Positions 54,333 through 64,000 of a DNA stretch of 64,000 nt are shown here, piece by piece. The number at the start of each line of letters is the position of its first letter. Positions within the stretch are counted from its first letter, which is position 1. A model generated the notes under the pieces. The model was not told where the DNA came from, ran no database searches, and saw only the letters and a program-made list of their open reading frames with translations. The stretch lies in the NCBI GenBank assembly GCA_963667725.2, contig CAXXHO010000005.1:128001-192000 (forward strand), in the 5' to 3' direction. The translations under genes were made by a program, and so were the position numbers. The stretch is from Treponemataceae bacterium. GTDB lineage: Bacteria; Spirochaetota; Spirochaetia; Treponematales; Rectinemataceae.

Positions 54333-56108
54333 CTACAGGCCCAGCTCCCGCAGGCTTTCCTGGAACTGCGCATAACTGAAGGGTTTCGCCAGCGTGCCTA
54401 CTCGGGCATGGTCCTTCGTGAATTCCTCCGGCAGCGCGTCCAGGAATCCACTGACGATGAGGACGGGAAGATCCGGGGCAAGGGTCCGCAGTTGTCCGAA
54501 GGTCTGGGGTCCGTCCAACCCTTGCATGTTCAGGTCCAGCACCACCAGTTCCGGCACCTGACCGCCCGCCACCCGCCTCTCGGCGGCTGCCCCGTCGGCG
54601 GCGACCTCCACCTGGTGACCGCCCTCCGCCAGCAGAGTTGCCAGGGCCGTGCGCACGAGGTCGTCATCGTCGACAAGTAGGATGCGACGACCCTGGATTT
54701 TTGGTGCCTCCCCCTCCAGTCTATCCCCGTGTCCGTCGCCCTCGGACTCTACCCCTAGGGCCGGAAGGCGGAGGGTGATCCGCGTGCCTCCGCCCAACTT
54801 GCTTTCCAGGTCCAGGTGGCCGCCGTGGGCTTCGACTACTCCTCGGACCGTGGCCAATCCCAGCCCGGTACCCTTCCCGACCGGCTTGGTGGTGAAGAAG
54901 GGATCTGTGGCGCGGGCCAGTACCTCCGGGGGCATCCCCTCCCCAGTGTCCTCGACGGTGACGGCCGCCCACCCTTCGAGCGCCCGGGTTCTCAGGGTGA
55001 GGACGCCACCCCCGGGCATGGCATCAACGGCGTTGACGCAGAGATTCATGAGGGCATTTCCGAGGCTGCTCCGGGCGCCACGAATCTGCGGGAGGTCCGG
55101 GGAGAGATCCACCGCGACCTGTACGCGCATGAGCAGGGTGCGCTCCAGCAGGGCCGCCTCCTCGCGCACAAGCTCGTTCAGGTCCAGATCTTCTGGGGCC
55201 TCGGAGAGCCCCTTTCGGGCGAAGGCCGTGAGCCCCCGAACCAGATCCCGGCCCCTTCCGGTGGCCATCAGGATCAGCCCTAGGGATCGGGCCAAGGGCC
55301 CTCCCTCGGGCTGATGGGACTGCAGCAGTTCTGCGGAGGCCTGGATGGCGGCAAGCACATTGTTCATGTCGTGGGCCACGCCGCTGGCCAGGCGTCCCAG
55401 ACTCTCCAGCCGCTGAGCGTGCTGGATCTCCGATTCCAGCCGCCGATGCGCCTCTTCCTCGCGAATCCTGTCTGTGATGTCCCGGGCGATTCCGAAGAGA
55501 CCCACCAGGTTGCCATCGGGCCCCCTCAGCGGGCCTTTGGTGGCCAGGAAGATCCGGGGGCCTTCTGGAGTCGTGAGGTGCTCCTCCAGCGTGGCGACCT
55601 CGAGCCCGTCCATGATCCGCCGGTCGGCGGCCATCAAGGTGTCGGCCTCGCCTGGGGGGAACACGGCCCGGTCATCTCGCCCCAAGATTTCCTGCGGTTC
55701 CCTTCCGGTCATCCGTCCCGCGGCCTTGTTGAACAGCAGGTAGCGGCCCTCCGCATCCTTTACGTAGATGGCGTCGGTGGAGGCCTCAGCCAGCCCGTGG
55801 AGAAGGAGCAGGGTGCGCTGGCGTTCCGTTTCTTGGCGTCGGACTTCCGCATCTCTGGCGGCGAGCTTTGCGACGAAACGGCGCAGGTGGAACGAGAGCA
55901 GCAGGGAGGTAACCGCCACGAAGAACCACCCCTTGAGCATGCTCACCCACGTCCGGGCTGCCGAGTCCGGAACCAGGGCCTCGGCGGCGCGATCGGAGAG
56001 GAGGATCCACATGGCGGCGAAACCGGCGTAGCCCAGCACGATCCGCGCAACTCCCCGCCGCGCCATGCGCTCGGAGGAAGTGCCTGGAGAGGGTGCCGCA
56101 CCTGTCAT
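54333..56108 (-). CDS. Membrane hybrid PAS histidine kinase / receiver
   Basis: 2 TM, PAS, VAHDMNN, NAVDAM, PFFTTK..GTGLGL, receiver. Confidence 0.9.
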   Translation of the reverse strand: MTGAAPSPGTSSERMARRGVARIVLGYAGFAAMWILLSDRAAEALVPDSAARTWVSMLKGWFFVAVTSLLLSFHLRRFVAKLAARDAEVRRQETERQRTLLLLHGLAEASTDAIYVKDAEGRYLLFNKAAGRMTGREPQEILGRDDRAVFPPGEADTLMAADRRIMDGLEVATLEEHLTTPEGPRIFLATKGPLRGPDGNLVGLFGIARDITDRIREEEAHRRLESEIQHAQRLESLGRLASGVAHDMNNVLAAIQASAELLQSHQPEGGPLARSLGLILMATGRGRDLVRGLTAFARKGLSEAPEDLDLNELVREEAALLERTLLMRVQVAVDLSPDLPQIRGARSSLGNALMNLCVNAVDAMPGGGVLTLRTRALEGWAAVTVEDTGEGMPPEVLARATDPFFTTKPVGKGTGLGLATVRGVVEAHGGHLDLESKLGGGTRITLRLPALGVESEGDGHGDRLEGEAPKIQGRRILLVDDDDLVRTALATLLAEGGHQVEVAADGAAAERRVAGGQVPELVVLDLNMQGLDGPQTFGQLRTLAPDLPVLIVSGFLDALPEEFTKDHARVGTLAKPFSYAQFQESLRELGL

Positions 56109-56294
56109 GGGGCCTCGAACGAAGCGGGTGCATCAGTGGAGACGTCTGGCCCAGAGTGTGCCACCGTATCTTCCCCTTTCGGGATCGCGAATCGGGAGAA
56201 CAAGAAATTCTTGAGTCAGGAATCATCGAAACGACGATTTCCCCGTGACCCATTCCCGGGGCGCCTGTGGGAAAATCTATGCCTGGAGGCCCTC

Positions 56295-57332
56295 ATGAGC
56301 CAGCAGCCGGTCACCTACGCCACCTCGGGCGTGGACATCAATCGTCAGGATGAGGCGCTGCGGCGCATCAAGCCCCTGGTGAAGGCCACCAAGACTGCGG
56401 GGGTGCGCTCGGACATCGGCCTCTTCGGCGGCCTCTTCAGCGCCCAGTTCCCCGAAGCCCAGCCCATCCTGGTTTCCTCCATGGACGGCGTGGGCACCAA
56501 GATGAAGGTGGCCCGTCTCGCCAACACTTGGAACACCGTGGGTGGCGATCTGGTGAACCACTGCATCAACGACATCCTGGTGCAGGGCGCCCGGCCCCTC
56601 TTCTTCTTGGACTACATCGCCGCCCAGCGCCTGGAGCCCGAGGTCATCGAGTCCATCGTTTCCGGCATGGCCAATGCCTGCCGCAACGCGGGCTGCGCCC
56701 TCATCGGCGGTGAGTTGGCGGAGATGCCCGGCGTCTACGAGACGGGCGAAGTGGATGTGGCGGGCACCATCGTGGGCGTGGTGGATCAGGCCGAGCTGCT
56801 GCCGCGCCTGGAGGCCATGGGCGAAGGCGATGTGCTCATCGCCCTGCCCAGTTCCGGCCTGCACACCAATGGCTACTCCCTGGCCCGCAAGGTCTGCTTC
56901 GAGGTGGCTGGGCTCAAGGTGACGGACAAGCTGCCGGGCACGGAGCAGACCGTGAGTGAAGCCCTGCTGGCCATCCACCGCAGCTACCTCACCCAGCTCA
57001 TGCCGCTGGTGAAGGCCAAGAAACTGGTGGCCATGGCCCATATCACCGGCGGCGGGCTCACGGACAATATCCCCCGGGTGCTGCCGGAACACCTGGACGC
57101 GGCCATCGAGACGGGCAGCTGGCAGATTCCGGCCCTCTTCAATTTCCTCATCGAGAAGTCCCAGATGCCCCTGGAAGATGCCCGCCGCAGCTTCAATCTG
57201 GGGGTGGGCATGGTGGTGATCGCCAAGAAAGCCGATGCTGCCGAAGTTCTGCTGGCCCTCAAGAACGCGGGTGAAGCCGCCTGGGTCATCGGCGAGCTGG
57301 TGGCAGGCAAGGGCGAAGTTCGCTACCGGTAG
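56295..57332 (+). CDS. purM: Phosphoribosylformylglycinamidine cyclo-ligase
   Basis: YATSGVD, DGVGTK, PLFFLDY, GGE.AEMP, SSGLHTNG, HITGGG, FNLGVG. Confidence 0.96.
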   Translation: MSQQPVTYATSGVDINRQDEALRRIKPLVKATKTAGVRSDIGLFGGLFSAQFPEAQPILVSSMDGVGTKMKVARLANTWNTVGGDLVNHCINDILVQGARPLFFLDYIAAQRLEPEVIESIVSGMANACRNAGCALIGGELAEMPGVYETGEVDVAGTIVGVVDQAELLPRLEAMGEGDVLIALPSSGLHTNGYSLARKVCFEVAGLKVTDKLPGTEQTVSEALLAIHRSYLTQLMPLVKAKKLVAMAHITGGGLTDNIPRVLPEHLDAAIETGSWQIPALFNFLIEKSQMPLEDARRSFNLGVGMVVIAKKADAAEVLLALKNAGEAAWVIGELVAGKGEVRYR

Positions 57333-58010
57333 ATGTCCGGCGACATCCTCATCATCGAGGACGAATCCGCCATCGCGGATACCATCGCCTACGCCCTGAA
57401 GACCGAGGGTTTCACGCCCCATCGCAGCGAATTGGGGGGCGAGGCCCTGGAACGCCTCCGCCGCGAATCCTTCCGGCTGGCCATTCTCGATGTGGGTCTG
57501 CCGGATCTCTCGGGCTTCGAGGTTTGTCGGCGCCTGCGCACCTTTTCCGCCATCCCGGTCATCTTCCTCACGGCCCGCAGCGAGGAAGTAGATCGCATCG
57601 TGGGGCTGGAAATCGGCGGGGACGATTACATGGCCAAGCCCTTCAGCCCCCGGGAACTGGTGGCGCGGGTCCGCGTGATCCTGCGGCGGATGGAGCGCAT
57701 GGAAGCGGCGCCGAGCACCACGGGGTTCGAGTTGGACGAAGGGCGCCATCGCATCCGCTTCTGCGGCCAGGATCTGGACCTCACCCGGTACGAATACCTG
57801 CTGCTGAAATGCCTCATGGCCTCGCCGGAGCGGGTGTTCACGCGCCTGCAGCTCATGGAGCAGGTGTGGGCCGGGGCGGAGGAGAGCGGAGATCGCACCG
57901 TGGATACCCACGTGAAGACCCTGCGCGCCAAGTTGCGGCTGGCGAATCCCCAGCTGGATCCCATCCAGACTCACCGGGGACTGGGCTACAGCCTCGCGAG
58001 GCTGACATGA
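57333..58010 (+). CDS. creB: Response regulator CreB
   Basis: IADTIAYAL, LTRYE, DRTVDTHVKTLRAKL, THRGLGY; synteny with creC and creD. Confidence 0.9.
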   Translation: MSGDILIIEDESAIADTIAYALKTEGFTPHRSELGGEALERLRRESFRLAILDVGLPDLSGFEVCRRLRTFSAIPVIFLTARSEEVDRIVGLEIGGDDYMAKPFSPRELVARVRVILRRMERMEAAPSTTGFELDEGRHRIRFCGQDLDLTRYEYLLLKCLMASPERVFTRLQLMEQVWAGAEESGDRTVDTHVKTLRAKLRLANPQLDPIQTHRGLGYSLARLT

Positions 58011-59434
58011 AGCTCAGCGTCCGGGTCCTGCTGGGGTTCTTCCTCATCGTGGGGTTGGCGGCCTTCTTCGTGCTGCGCATCTTCATGGCGGAGGTGAAGC
58101 CCGGCGTGCGGCAGGGTATGGAGGTGGCCCTGGTGGATTCGGCGCACCTGCTGGCGGAGCTGGCGGCGCCGGAGTTGGAAGCGGGCACCCTGGCCCAGGG
58201 CGAATTCGCACAGGCCGTGGAACGCTACGTCCATCGCACACCCAAGGCCAAGATCTGGGGCATGGAGAAGCGTGTGGCCGAGTTCCGGGTGTACGTCACC
58301 GATGCCCGGGGCTTCGTCGTCTTCGATTCCGAGGGCCAGGCCGCAGGCCAGGACTATTCGCGCTGGAACGATGTGCTCCTGACCCTGAAGGGGGAATACG
58401 GGGTGCGCAGTTCCCGGGCGGTGGCCGGGGATGAGAAGACCTCCCGGATGCATGTGGCCGCGCCGATCCTCAGGGGGGATCGACTGCTGGGGGTGCTCAC
58501 GGTGGTGACGCCCACGGCGAGCGTGGTGCCCTACGCCCAGCGCAGCCAGCGGCGCGTTTTCCGGGCGGGGCTGCTGCTGATGGGGGGCGCCCTGCTGACG
58601 GGCCTGGCCCTCTCCTGGTGGCTCACCCGGAGCCTGGGCAGGCTTCAGACCTACGCCCGGCAGGTCGCGGAAGGACACAAGGCCAGCCTGCCCGCCCTGG
58701 GGGGAGGGGAGTTGGCGGAACTGGGCCAGACCCTTGAGGCCATGCGCGAGAAACTGGAGGGACGGAAGTACCTGGAGCGTTACATTCAGGCCCTCACCCA
58801 CGAGATGAAGAGCCCCCTGGCGGCCATCCACGGGGCGGCGGAACTGCTGGAGGAACCCTTGCCCGAAGCGGAGCGGCGCCTCTTCGTGGCCAACATCCAG
58901 GAACAGGAACTGCGCCTCCAGCGCCTGGTGGAGCGCATGCTCGGCCTGGCCGGACTCCAGCATCGCCAGGGCCTCGAGGCTTCCGTGCCGCTGGTCCTTG
59001 GAGAGATCGTGGCCACTGTGGCTTCGGCCAAGGCGGCGGGTTGCGCCGCGAAGGATCTGAGGGTCGAAATCGTCGGCGCACAAGGCTCCCAGATCCGAGG
59101 CGAGGCCTTCCTGGTGGAACTGGCCCTGTCCAATCTGCTGGACAATGCCATCGACTTCTCGCCGGTGGGTGGGCGCATCCAGGTGGTCCTTGAAGCCACC
59201 GAGGCGCGGGTCGCGGTCATCGTGAAGGATCAGGGGCCGGGCATTCCCGAGTACGCGGCCGGTCGGATCTTCGAACCCTTCTACTCGCTGCCCCGGCCTG
59301 CCACGGGCAAGAAGAGCACCGGCCTAGGCCTGAGTTTCGTGCGCGAAGTGGCGGAGCTCCACGGCGGAAGGATCGAGGTGCGCAATGGGGTCGGCGGGGG
59401 CGTGGAGGCGCGGCTGGAGTTTCCTGCCATCTGA
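58007..59434 (+). CDS. creC: Sensor histidine kinase CreC
   Basis: EVKPGVR, DYSRWNDV.LTL.GEYG.RS, LTHEMKSPL, NAIDFSP. Confidence 0.92.
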   Translation: MKLSVRVLLGFFLIVGLAAFFVLRIFMAEVKPGVRQGMEVALVDSAHLLAELAAPELEAGTLAQGEFAQAVERYVHRTPKAKIWGMEKRVAEFRVYVTDARGFVVFDSEGQAAGQDYSRWNDVLLTLKGEYGVRSSRAVAGDEKTSRMHVAAPILRGDRLLGVLTVVTPTASVVPYAQRSQRRVFRAGLLLMGGALLTGLALSWWLTRSLGRLQTYARQVAEGHKASLPALGGGELAELGQTLEAMREKLEGRKYLERYIQALTHEMKSPLAAIHGAAELLEEPLPEAERRLFVANIQEQELRLQRLVERMLGLAGLQHRQGLEASVPLVLGEIVATVASAKAAGCAAKDLRVEIVGAQGSQIRGEAFLVELALSNLLDNAIDFSPVGGRIQVVLEATEARVAVIVKDQGPGIPEYAAGRIFEPFYSLPRPATGKKSTGLGLSFVREVAELHGGRIEVRNGVGGGVEARLEFPAI

Positions 59435-59439
59435 TGCGC

Positions 59440-59455
59440 TTCACAGAGCCTTCAC
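59440..59455 (+). promoter_or_regulatory. cre-tag (CreB binding site)
   Basis: TTCAC-agagcc-TTCAC, exact match to TTCAC-N6-TTCAC, directly upstream of creD. Confidence 0.85.
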
Positions 59456-59518
59456 ACAGGCTCATCCTCCCTTCTTGAACGCGCGACATGCTTCCTCCAT
59501 TCCTCATGGAGGCTGTTT

Positions 59519-60852
59519 ATGCGAAGAATCTTGCTCTGGAAGGGCCTGGCTGTGTTCGGGCTCGCGTTGTTGCTGCTCATTCCCCTGGCCATGATCCAGG
59601 GCCAGGTCGAGGCCCGGAACCAGCGGCAAAAGGAGGTCAAGGCCAACGTCGCCGAGAGTGCGGCGGGCTGTCAGCAGGTGGTGGGGCCGCTGCTGGTGTT
59701 CACCTACACCGAGCGAGTGGAGGAGGCCGAGACCAACGAAAAGACCGGCCAGGTCACGCTGCGCACTCGAGAGATCCATGGCCATCAAATCCTGCCGCCC
59801 CAGGATCTCCAGATCCAAGGCGAGGCCCGGGTGGAGGAGCGCCATCGGGGCCTCTACAAGGCCCAGCTCTATCATCTGACGGCGCGGCTCACAGGCCGTT
59901 TCTCCCTGACGCCGAGTTTTGGCATGGATCTCTCGGGCCGCGCCATCACGCCCGGCCCCAGCTTCCTGGTGGTGGGCATTCCCGATCTGCGGGGCATCCA
60001 CAACCGGCCCCAGGTCAAGTGGGAGGGCAGGGCCCTGGATTTCCGCCCGGGGGTTTCCCGGAGTCGCGTCCCCATGGGCATCCAGGCCGATCTGGGCACC
60101 CTGACCTTCCAGGACAAGAAGGACTTCGCCTTCGAGATTCCCCTGGAACTCACGGGCTCCCAGAGCCTTTCCTTCGCCCCGGTGGGCGAGAATACCCAGG
60201 TGTCCCTGCGCGCCAATTGGCCCAGCCCCAGCTTTGGGGGCCGATTCCTCCCATTGGATCACCAGGTTGGGGACAAGGGCTTCGAGGCCCAGTGGCAGGT
60301 CTCCAGCTTGGCCCGGAGCCTGGATTCCATCCTCAAGGTAGAAGGGCACGGACCCACCGAGGAGGCCTTCGACATCGCCTTTATCGAGCCGGTGAACATC
60401 TACCTGCAGACGGAACGGGCCGTGAAGTACGGCTTCCTCTTCGTGGGGTTGGTCTTCGCGGGGTTCTTCTTCTTCGAGCTGCTCCGGAAACTGCGGATCC
60501 ATCCCATGCAGTACCTCCTGGTGGGTTTCGCCCTGGCGATGTTCTTCTTGCTGCTGCTGAGCCTCACCGAGCACATCCCCTTCCTGTGGGCCTACCTCGC
60601 GGCCAGCGCAGCCTGCATTGCTCTGCTGGGTGCCTACCTGATCCATGTGCTCAAGAGTGTGGCCCATGGCCTTGGTTTCGCAGGGGGGACTCACGCTGCT
60701 CTTCGGCGTGCTCTACGGACTCCTGATGTCCGAAGACAATGCGCTGCTGATGGGCTCGGTGCTCCTGTTCACGGCCTTGGCGGCGGTGATGCTGGCCACC
60801 CGAAAGCTGGATTGGTTACGGCCTCTCGGGGAAAGAGAGTGGGGCCGAATAA
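59519..60852 (+). CDS. creD: Inner membrane protein CreD; two +1 frameshifts (60683-60688, 60816-60817), probable sequencing errors
   Basis: WPSPSFGG.FLP, RAVKYG.LF, IHPMQY, LLSLTEH; the tail SEDNALLMGS..TRKLDW(Y) is recovered by removing one G and one T, ending at TAA 60852. Confidence 0.88.
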
Positions 60853-60940
60853 GACGCAGGCCTCCTGGTTCTCGTAGGATGAGAGCTGGGAGGCCCGCAT
60901 CGATGATGGACGGCAGCGTATCGGCGGTGCGGCTTTGAGC

Positions 60941-61283
60941 GTGAACGCTCCCGGGCGCCTGCACGGCCTGGACATCCTGCGGGGCCTCATGGCCCTGGCG
61001 GTGGCGGTGTACCATCTGTCGATCTGGTCGCGGATCTTTGAGTCGGGAACCCGAATCAACAATGTGGTGGCCATCCTGGGGCATTACGGGGTAGAGGGCT
61101 TCTTCCTCGTCAGCGGCTTCTGTTTTTTCCACCTCTATGGTGAAACCTCCTGGGATCGGGGTGCGCTGCGGCGCTTCCACATCAAGCGCTTCTTCCGCAT
61201 TGCGCCCCTCTACCACCTGGCGGTGGCGCTGAACCTGGTGTTGCACAACCCCGTGGGGCCGGAGGTCACGCTCCGGATGCTGG
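60941..61283 (+). pseudogene. Acyltransferase-3 (OafA-like) N-terminal fragment, cut at a junction
   Basis: LDILRG, VYH, GVEGFFLVSGF, KRFFRIAPLY; family-like sequence ends near 61283. Confidence 0.8.
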
Positions 61284-62019
61284 TGGCTGGGACGAAGCCG
61301 ACCCTAAGGATATCGTCAACTCGACGCACTGGTATGACGCCTTCACCCTGACCTTCAAGCTGTGGACAGGCTTCCTCGCCTTCGATGCCGAACAGGCCAG
61401 GGCTGTCATAGGGCCAGGAGCCGTGCGCGATTATTTCAGGCAAGCCCTCGCCAGGATAGCGGCGCATTCCCGCGAGCGGATGGGCCGGGCGCCGAGCCTT
61501 GTCGGGGAATTCGGTCTCCCCTTCGACTTGAACGGGCGGAAGGCTTACCGCACGGGCGATTTCCGCCTTCAGGAAAAAGCCCTCTCGGCTTATTACGACG
61601 CCCTCGACGCCAATCTTCTCAACGCGACGCTCTGGAACTACACGGCCGACAACACGCACGAATGGGGCGACGGCTGGAACGGCGAGGATCTGTCGGTATT
61701 CTGCGCCGAGGATTCGGGAGGCAGGGGTCTTCGCGGTTTCGTCAGACCCTACGCCTACGCGACTGCGGGAAGCATCGTGGAGATGTCCTTCGACATGCGC
61801 TCCGGAACCTTCCATCTGTGCTACGAACCGGACCATGCCATCCTCGCGCCCACCGAGATTTTCGTGCCTGATGTTCAGTATCCCGCGGGTTTTTCCCTCG
61901 AATCGTCGGGATGCGTCGTCGCCAGGCGGCTGTCGCAGGATTCGGGCTGTCTTTCCTGGCTGGACGTAAGGCCGGAACCCGGGGCCGAGGAATGCGAGAT
62001 AACGCTGAAAAGGCTATAA
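61284..62019 (+). pseudogene. GH5 endoglycoceramidase-like glycosidase, C-terminal fragment with no N-terminus
   Basis: VNSTHWYD, LVGEFGLPFD, TLWNY, GDGWNGEDLS, RPY, PTEIFVP..YP. Confidence 0.78.
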
Positions 62020-62031
62020 GGAGAAAGCGCG

Positions 62032-63324
62032 ATGGGCGGAACAATCGAAAAGCGGAAAACCGCGAGCGGGGCGAAATCGGCGTTCTGGATCATGTTCGGC
62101 TTCATGCTGCTCCATCAGGCCGACAAGCTTCTCATAGGCCCCCTGACGACGCAGATCATGGATACTTTCCAGATCACCCGCACCCAGATGGGGGCGGTCA
62201 GCACCGGAGCCCTCATCGTCGGGGCCATCTGCTATCCGCTCTGGGGCTGGCTCTATGACCGGTTTTCCAGGCCGAAGCTCCTCGCCCTCGCCTCCCTCCT
62301 TTGGGGAGCGACCACCTGGCTCAACGCCGTCGTGCCCACCTACCCTCTCTTTCTCATGACGAGGGCGGGCACGGGCATCGACGACTCGAGCTATCCCGGC
62401 CTCTACAGTCTCATCTCCGATTATTATCCACCGAAAAAACGCGGCAAGATCTACGGTTTTCTCCAAGTTGCCCAACCGCTGGGCTACCTACTCGGTATGA
62501 TCCTCGCCCTCGCCTTCGGCGCGGCCTTCGGCTGGAGGAACGTGTTCTTCCTCACCGGCGGCCTCGGCATCATCCTTTCCGTCATAATCTTCCTCTTCGT
62601 CAAGGACAGACCTCGCGGCGCCGCCGAGCCCGAACTCGCCGGGGCCGAACACCTTGAGCGCTTCAAGTTCAGCTGGAAAACGGTGGGCGGACTCTTCAGG
62701 AAGAAAAGCCTCGTCATCCTCTTCCTCCAGGGCTTTATCGGCGTTTTTCCCTGGAACGTCATCACCTACTGGATTTTCGACTACCTGGGCGCCGAACGAG
62801 GCTACGACGAGACCCAGACCCTGCTCACCATGGTGCCCGCCGTCCTCATCATGGCCGCCGGCTATCCTATCGGGGGAATGCTGGGCGACCGGCTTTTCAA
62901 AAAGACGCTGAAAGGCCGCGTCATCGTGGGCGCCGCGGGAGTGGCCGTCGGCTGCGTTCTCCTGTGGCTGGCGATGAAGACACCCGTGGCCGACAAATTG
63001 GCCTTCGGCATCCTCCTTGCCGCCACCGCCTTCTTCATGCCATGGGCATCGCCCAACGTCCTTTCCTCCTTCTACGACGTCACGGAGCCGGAGATCAGGG
63101 CGACGACCAACGCGGCGCAGAATTTCGTGGAGTTCGGAGGTTCGGCCATGGCCCCCCTCATGGCGGGCATCATCGCGGACAAGAGCAGTCTCGGCAACGC
63201 CATACTCCTTATCTGCACGGTGTCATGGGTGATATGCTTCGCCTTCTTCATATTCGCCGGGCGTTTCATACCCAAGGATATTGAGGATCTCAGGGAGAAG
63301 CTCGCGACGCGAGCCATGGAGTAA
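62032..63324 (+). CDS. MFS transporter (spinster-like)
   Basis: About 12 TM, GWLYDRFSR, SLISDYYPPKKRG, GWR; AAGGAG RBS. Confidence 0.88.
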   Translation: MGGTIEKRKTASGAKSAFWIMFGFMLLHQADKLLIGPLTTQIMDTFQITRTQMGAVSTGALIVGAICYPLWGWLYDRFSRPKLLALASLLWGATTWLNAVVPTYPLFLMTRAGTGIDDSSYPGLYSLISDYYPPKKRGKIYGFLQVAQPLGYLLGMILALAFGAAFGWRNVFFLTGGLGIILSVIIFLFVKDRPRGAAEPELAGAEHLERFKFSWKTVGGLFRKKSLVILFLQGFIGVFPWNVITYWIFDYLGAERGYDETQTLLTMVPAVLIMAAGYPIGGMLGDRLFKKTLKGRVIVGAAGVAVGCVLLWLAMKTPVADKLAFGILLAATAFFMPWASPNVLSSFYDVTEPEIRATTNAAQNFVEFGGSAMAPLMAGIIADKSSLGNAILLICTVSWVICFAFFIFAGRFIPKDIEDLREKLATRAME

Positions 63325-63330
63325 CAAGGA

Positions 63331-64000
63331 TTGCAGGCTTCCGAGAACATAAATAGGACCGAGATTTTACGGACGCTGAAAAAATACTGGGGCTACACTG
63401 AGTTCAGGCCGTATCAGGAAGAGAATATTCTCTCGATACTGGAAGGGGCCGACACGCTCACGATCCTGCCCACAGGCGGAGGCAAGTCGCTCTGCTTCCA
63501 GCTCCCCGCCCTCCTCTCCGACGGTCTCGCCATCGTGATTTCGCCCCTCATCTCCCTAATGAAAGACCAGGTGGACGATCTCAAGGACCTTGGGATCGCG
63601 GCCGAGTGCCTCAATTCCAGCCTTCCGCCAATTGAACAGCGCTCGATCATGGAGCGCCTTGCCGCCGGCGCCCTCAAGCTTCTCTACCTTTCGCCGGAAC
63701 GCCTTTTGATGGAGCATATGCTCTGTGCGCTCAAATCCGTCAGGATAGCCTATTTCGTGGTGGACGAGGCGCATTGCATAAGCCATTGGGGCCACGACTT
63801 CAGGCAAGAATACCGGCAGCTCGGCCTTCTCAAAAGGGAATTCGAAAACATTCCCATACACGCGTTCACGGCCACGGCCACCGAAACCGTGCGGGATGAC
63901 ATCGCGCTAGAGCTCGGCCTCCGCGCGCCGCGCATCGTCGTCGGCGACATCGATCGGCCCAATCTCACCTATCGAGTGATCCAGAGACAGAACGGTCTTA
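63331..64000 (+). CDS. recQ: RecQ family helicase, runs off the window end
   Basis: Read directly from sequence: YWGYTEFRPYQ, PTGGGKSLCFQLPA, SPLISLMKDQV, VDEAHCISHWGHDFR, TATA; TTG start is tentative. Confidence 0.9.
   Translation, partial: MQASENINRTEILRTLKKYWGYTEFRPYQEENILSILEGADTLTILPTGGGKSLCFQLPALLSDGLAIVISPLISLMKDQVDDLKDLGIAAECLNSSLPPIEQRSIMERLAAGALKLLYLSPERLLMEHMLCALKSVRIAYFVVDEAHCISHWGHDFRQEYRQLGLLKREFENIPIHAFTATATETVRDDIALELGLRAPRIVVGDIDRPNLTYRVIQRQNGL

Noticed and set aside
55314..56294. N-terminal extension of PurM
   Set aside because: Antisense to the hybrid kinase; the real start is 56295 with a GGAGG RBS

Overview
High-GC bacterial chromosome segment. Gene content and protein style suggest a Holophagaceae-like acidobacterium (Geothrix/Holophaga relatives); this is an inference, not a database result. 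Most of it is core housekeeping: pepD, mreBCD-mrdA-rodA-ligA, serS, ppiD, def-fmt, cdd, ribE, sod, a prolyl oligopeptidase, folE, purM, creBCD and several PAS/GAF kinases. Highlights: (1) an intact, translationally coupled gatE-gatD pair, the archaeal-type Glu-tRNA(Gln) amidotransferase, embedded in bacterial DNA; (2) a coupled GNAT + PlsC-type acyltransferase + ureohydrolase operon that may build an amino/polyamine lipid; (3) Myxococcus-type polarity proteins (RomR-like, RomY-like, SgmX-like); (4) an AT-richer island (about 24.9-33.0 kb) with a barrel / TonB-dependent receptor / barrel operon and nested, decayed IS630 and IS5 elements; (5) structured palindromic intergenic elements; (6) creBCD with a perfect cre-tag. 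Four +1 insertions in short homopolymers (ligA, a hypothetical gene, creD twice) look like sequencing errors. An abrupt junction near 61283 joins an acyltransferase start to a GH5 tail in different codon style, a probable chimera or recombination point. No tRNA, rRNA or CRISPR array was seen.
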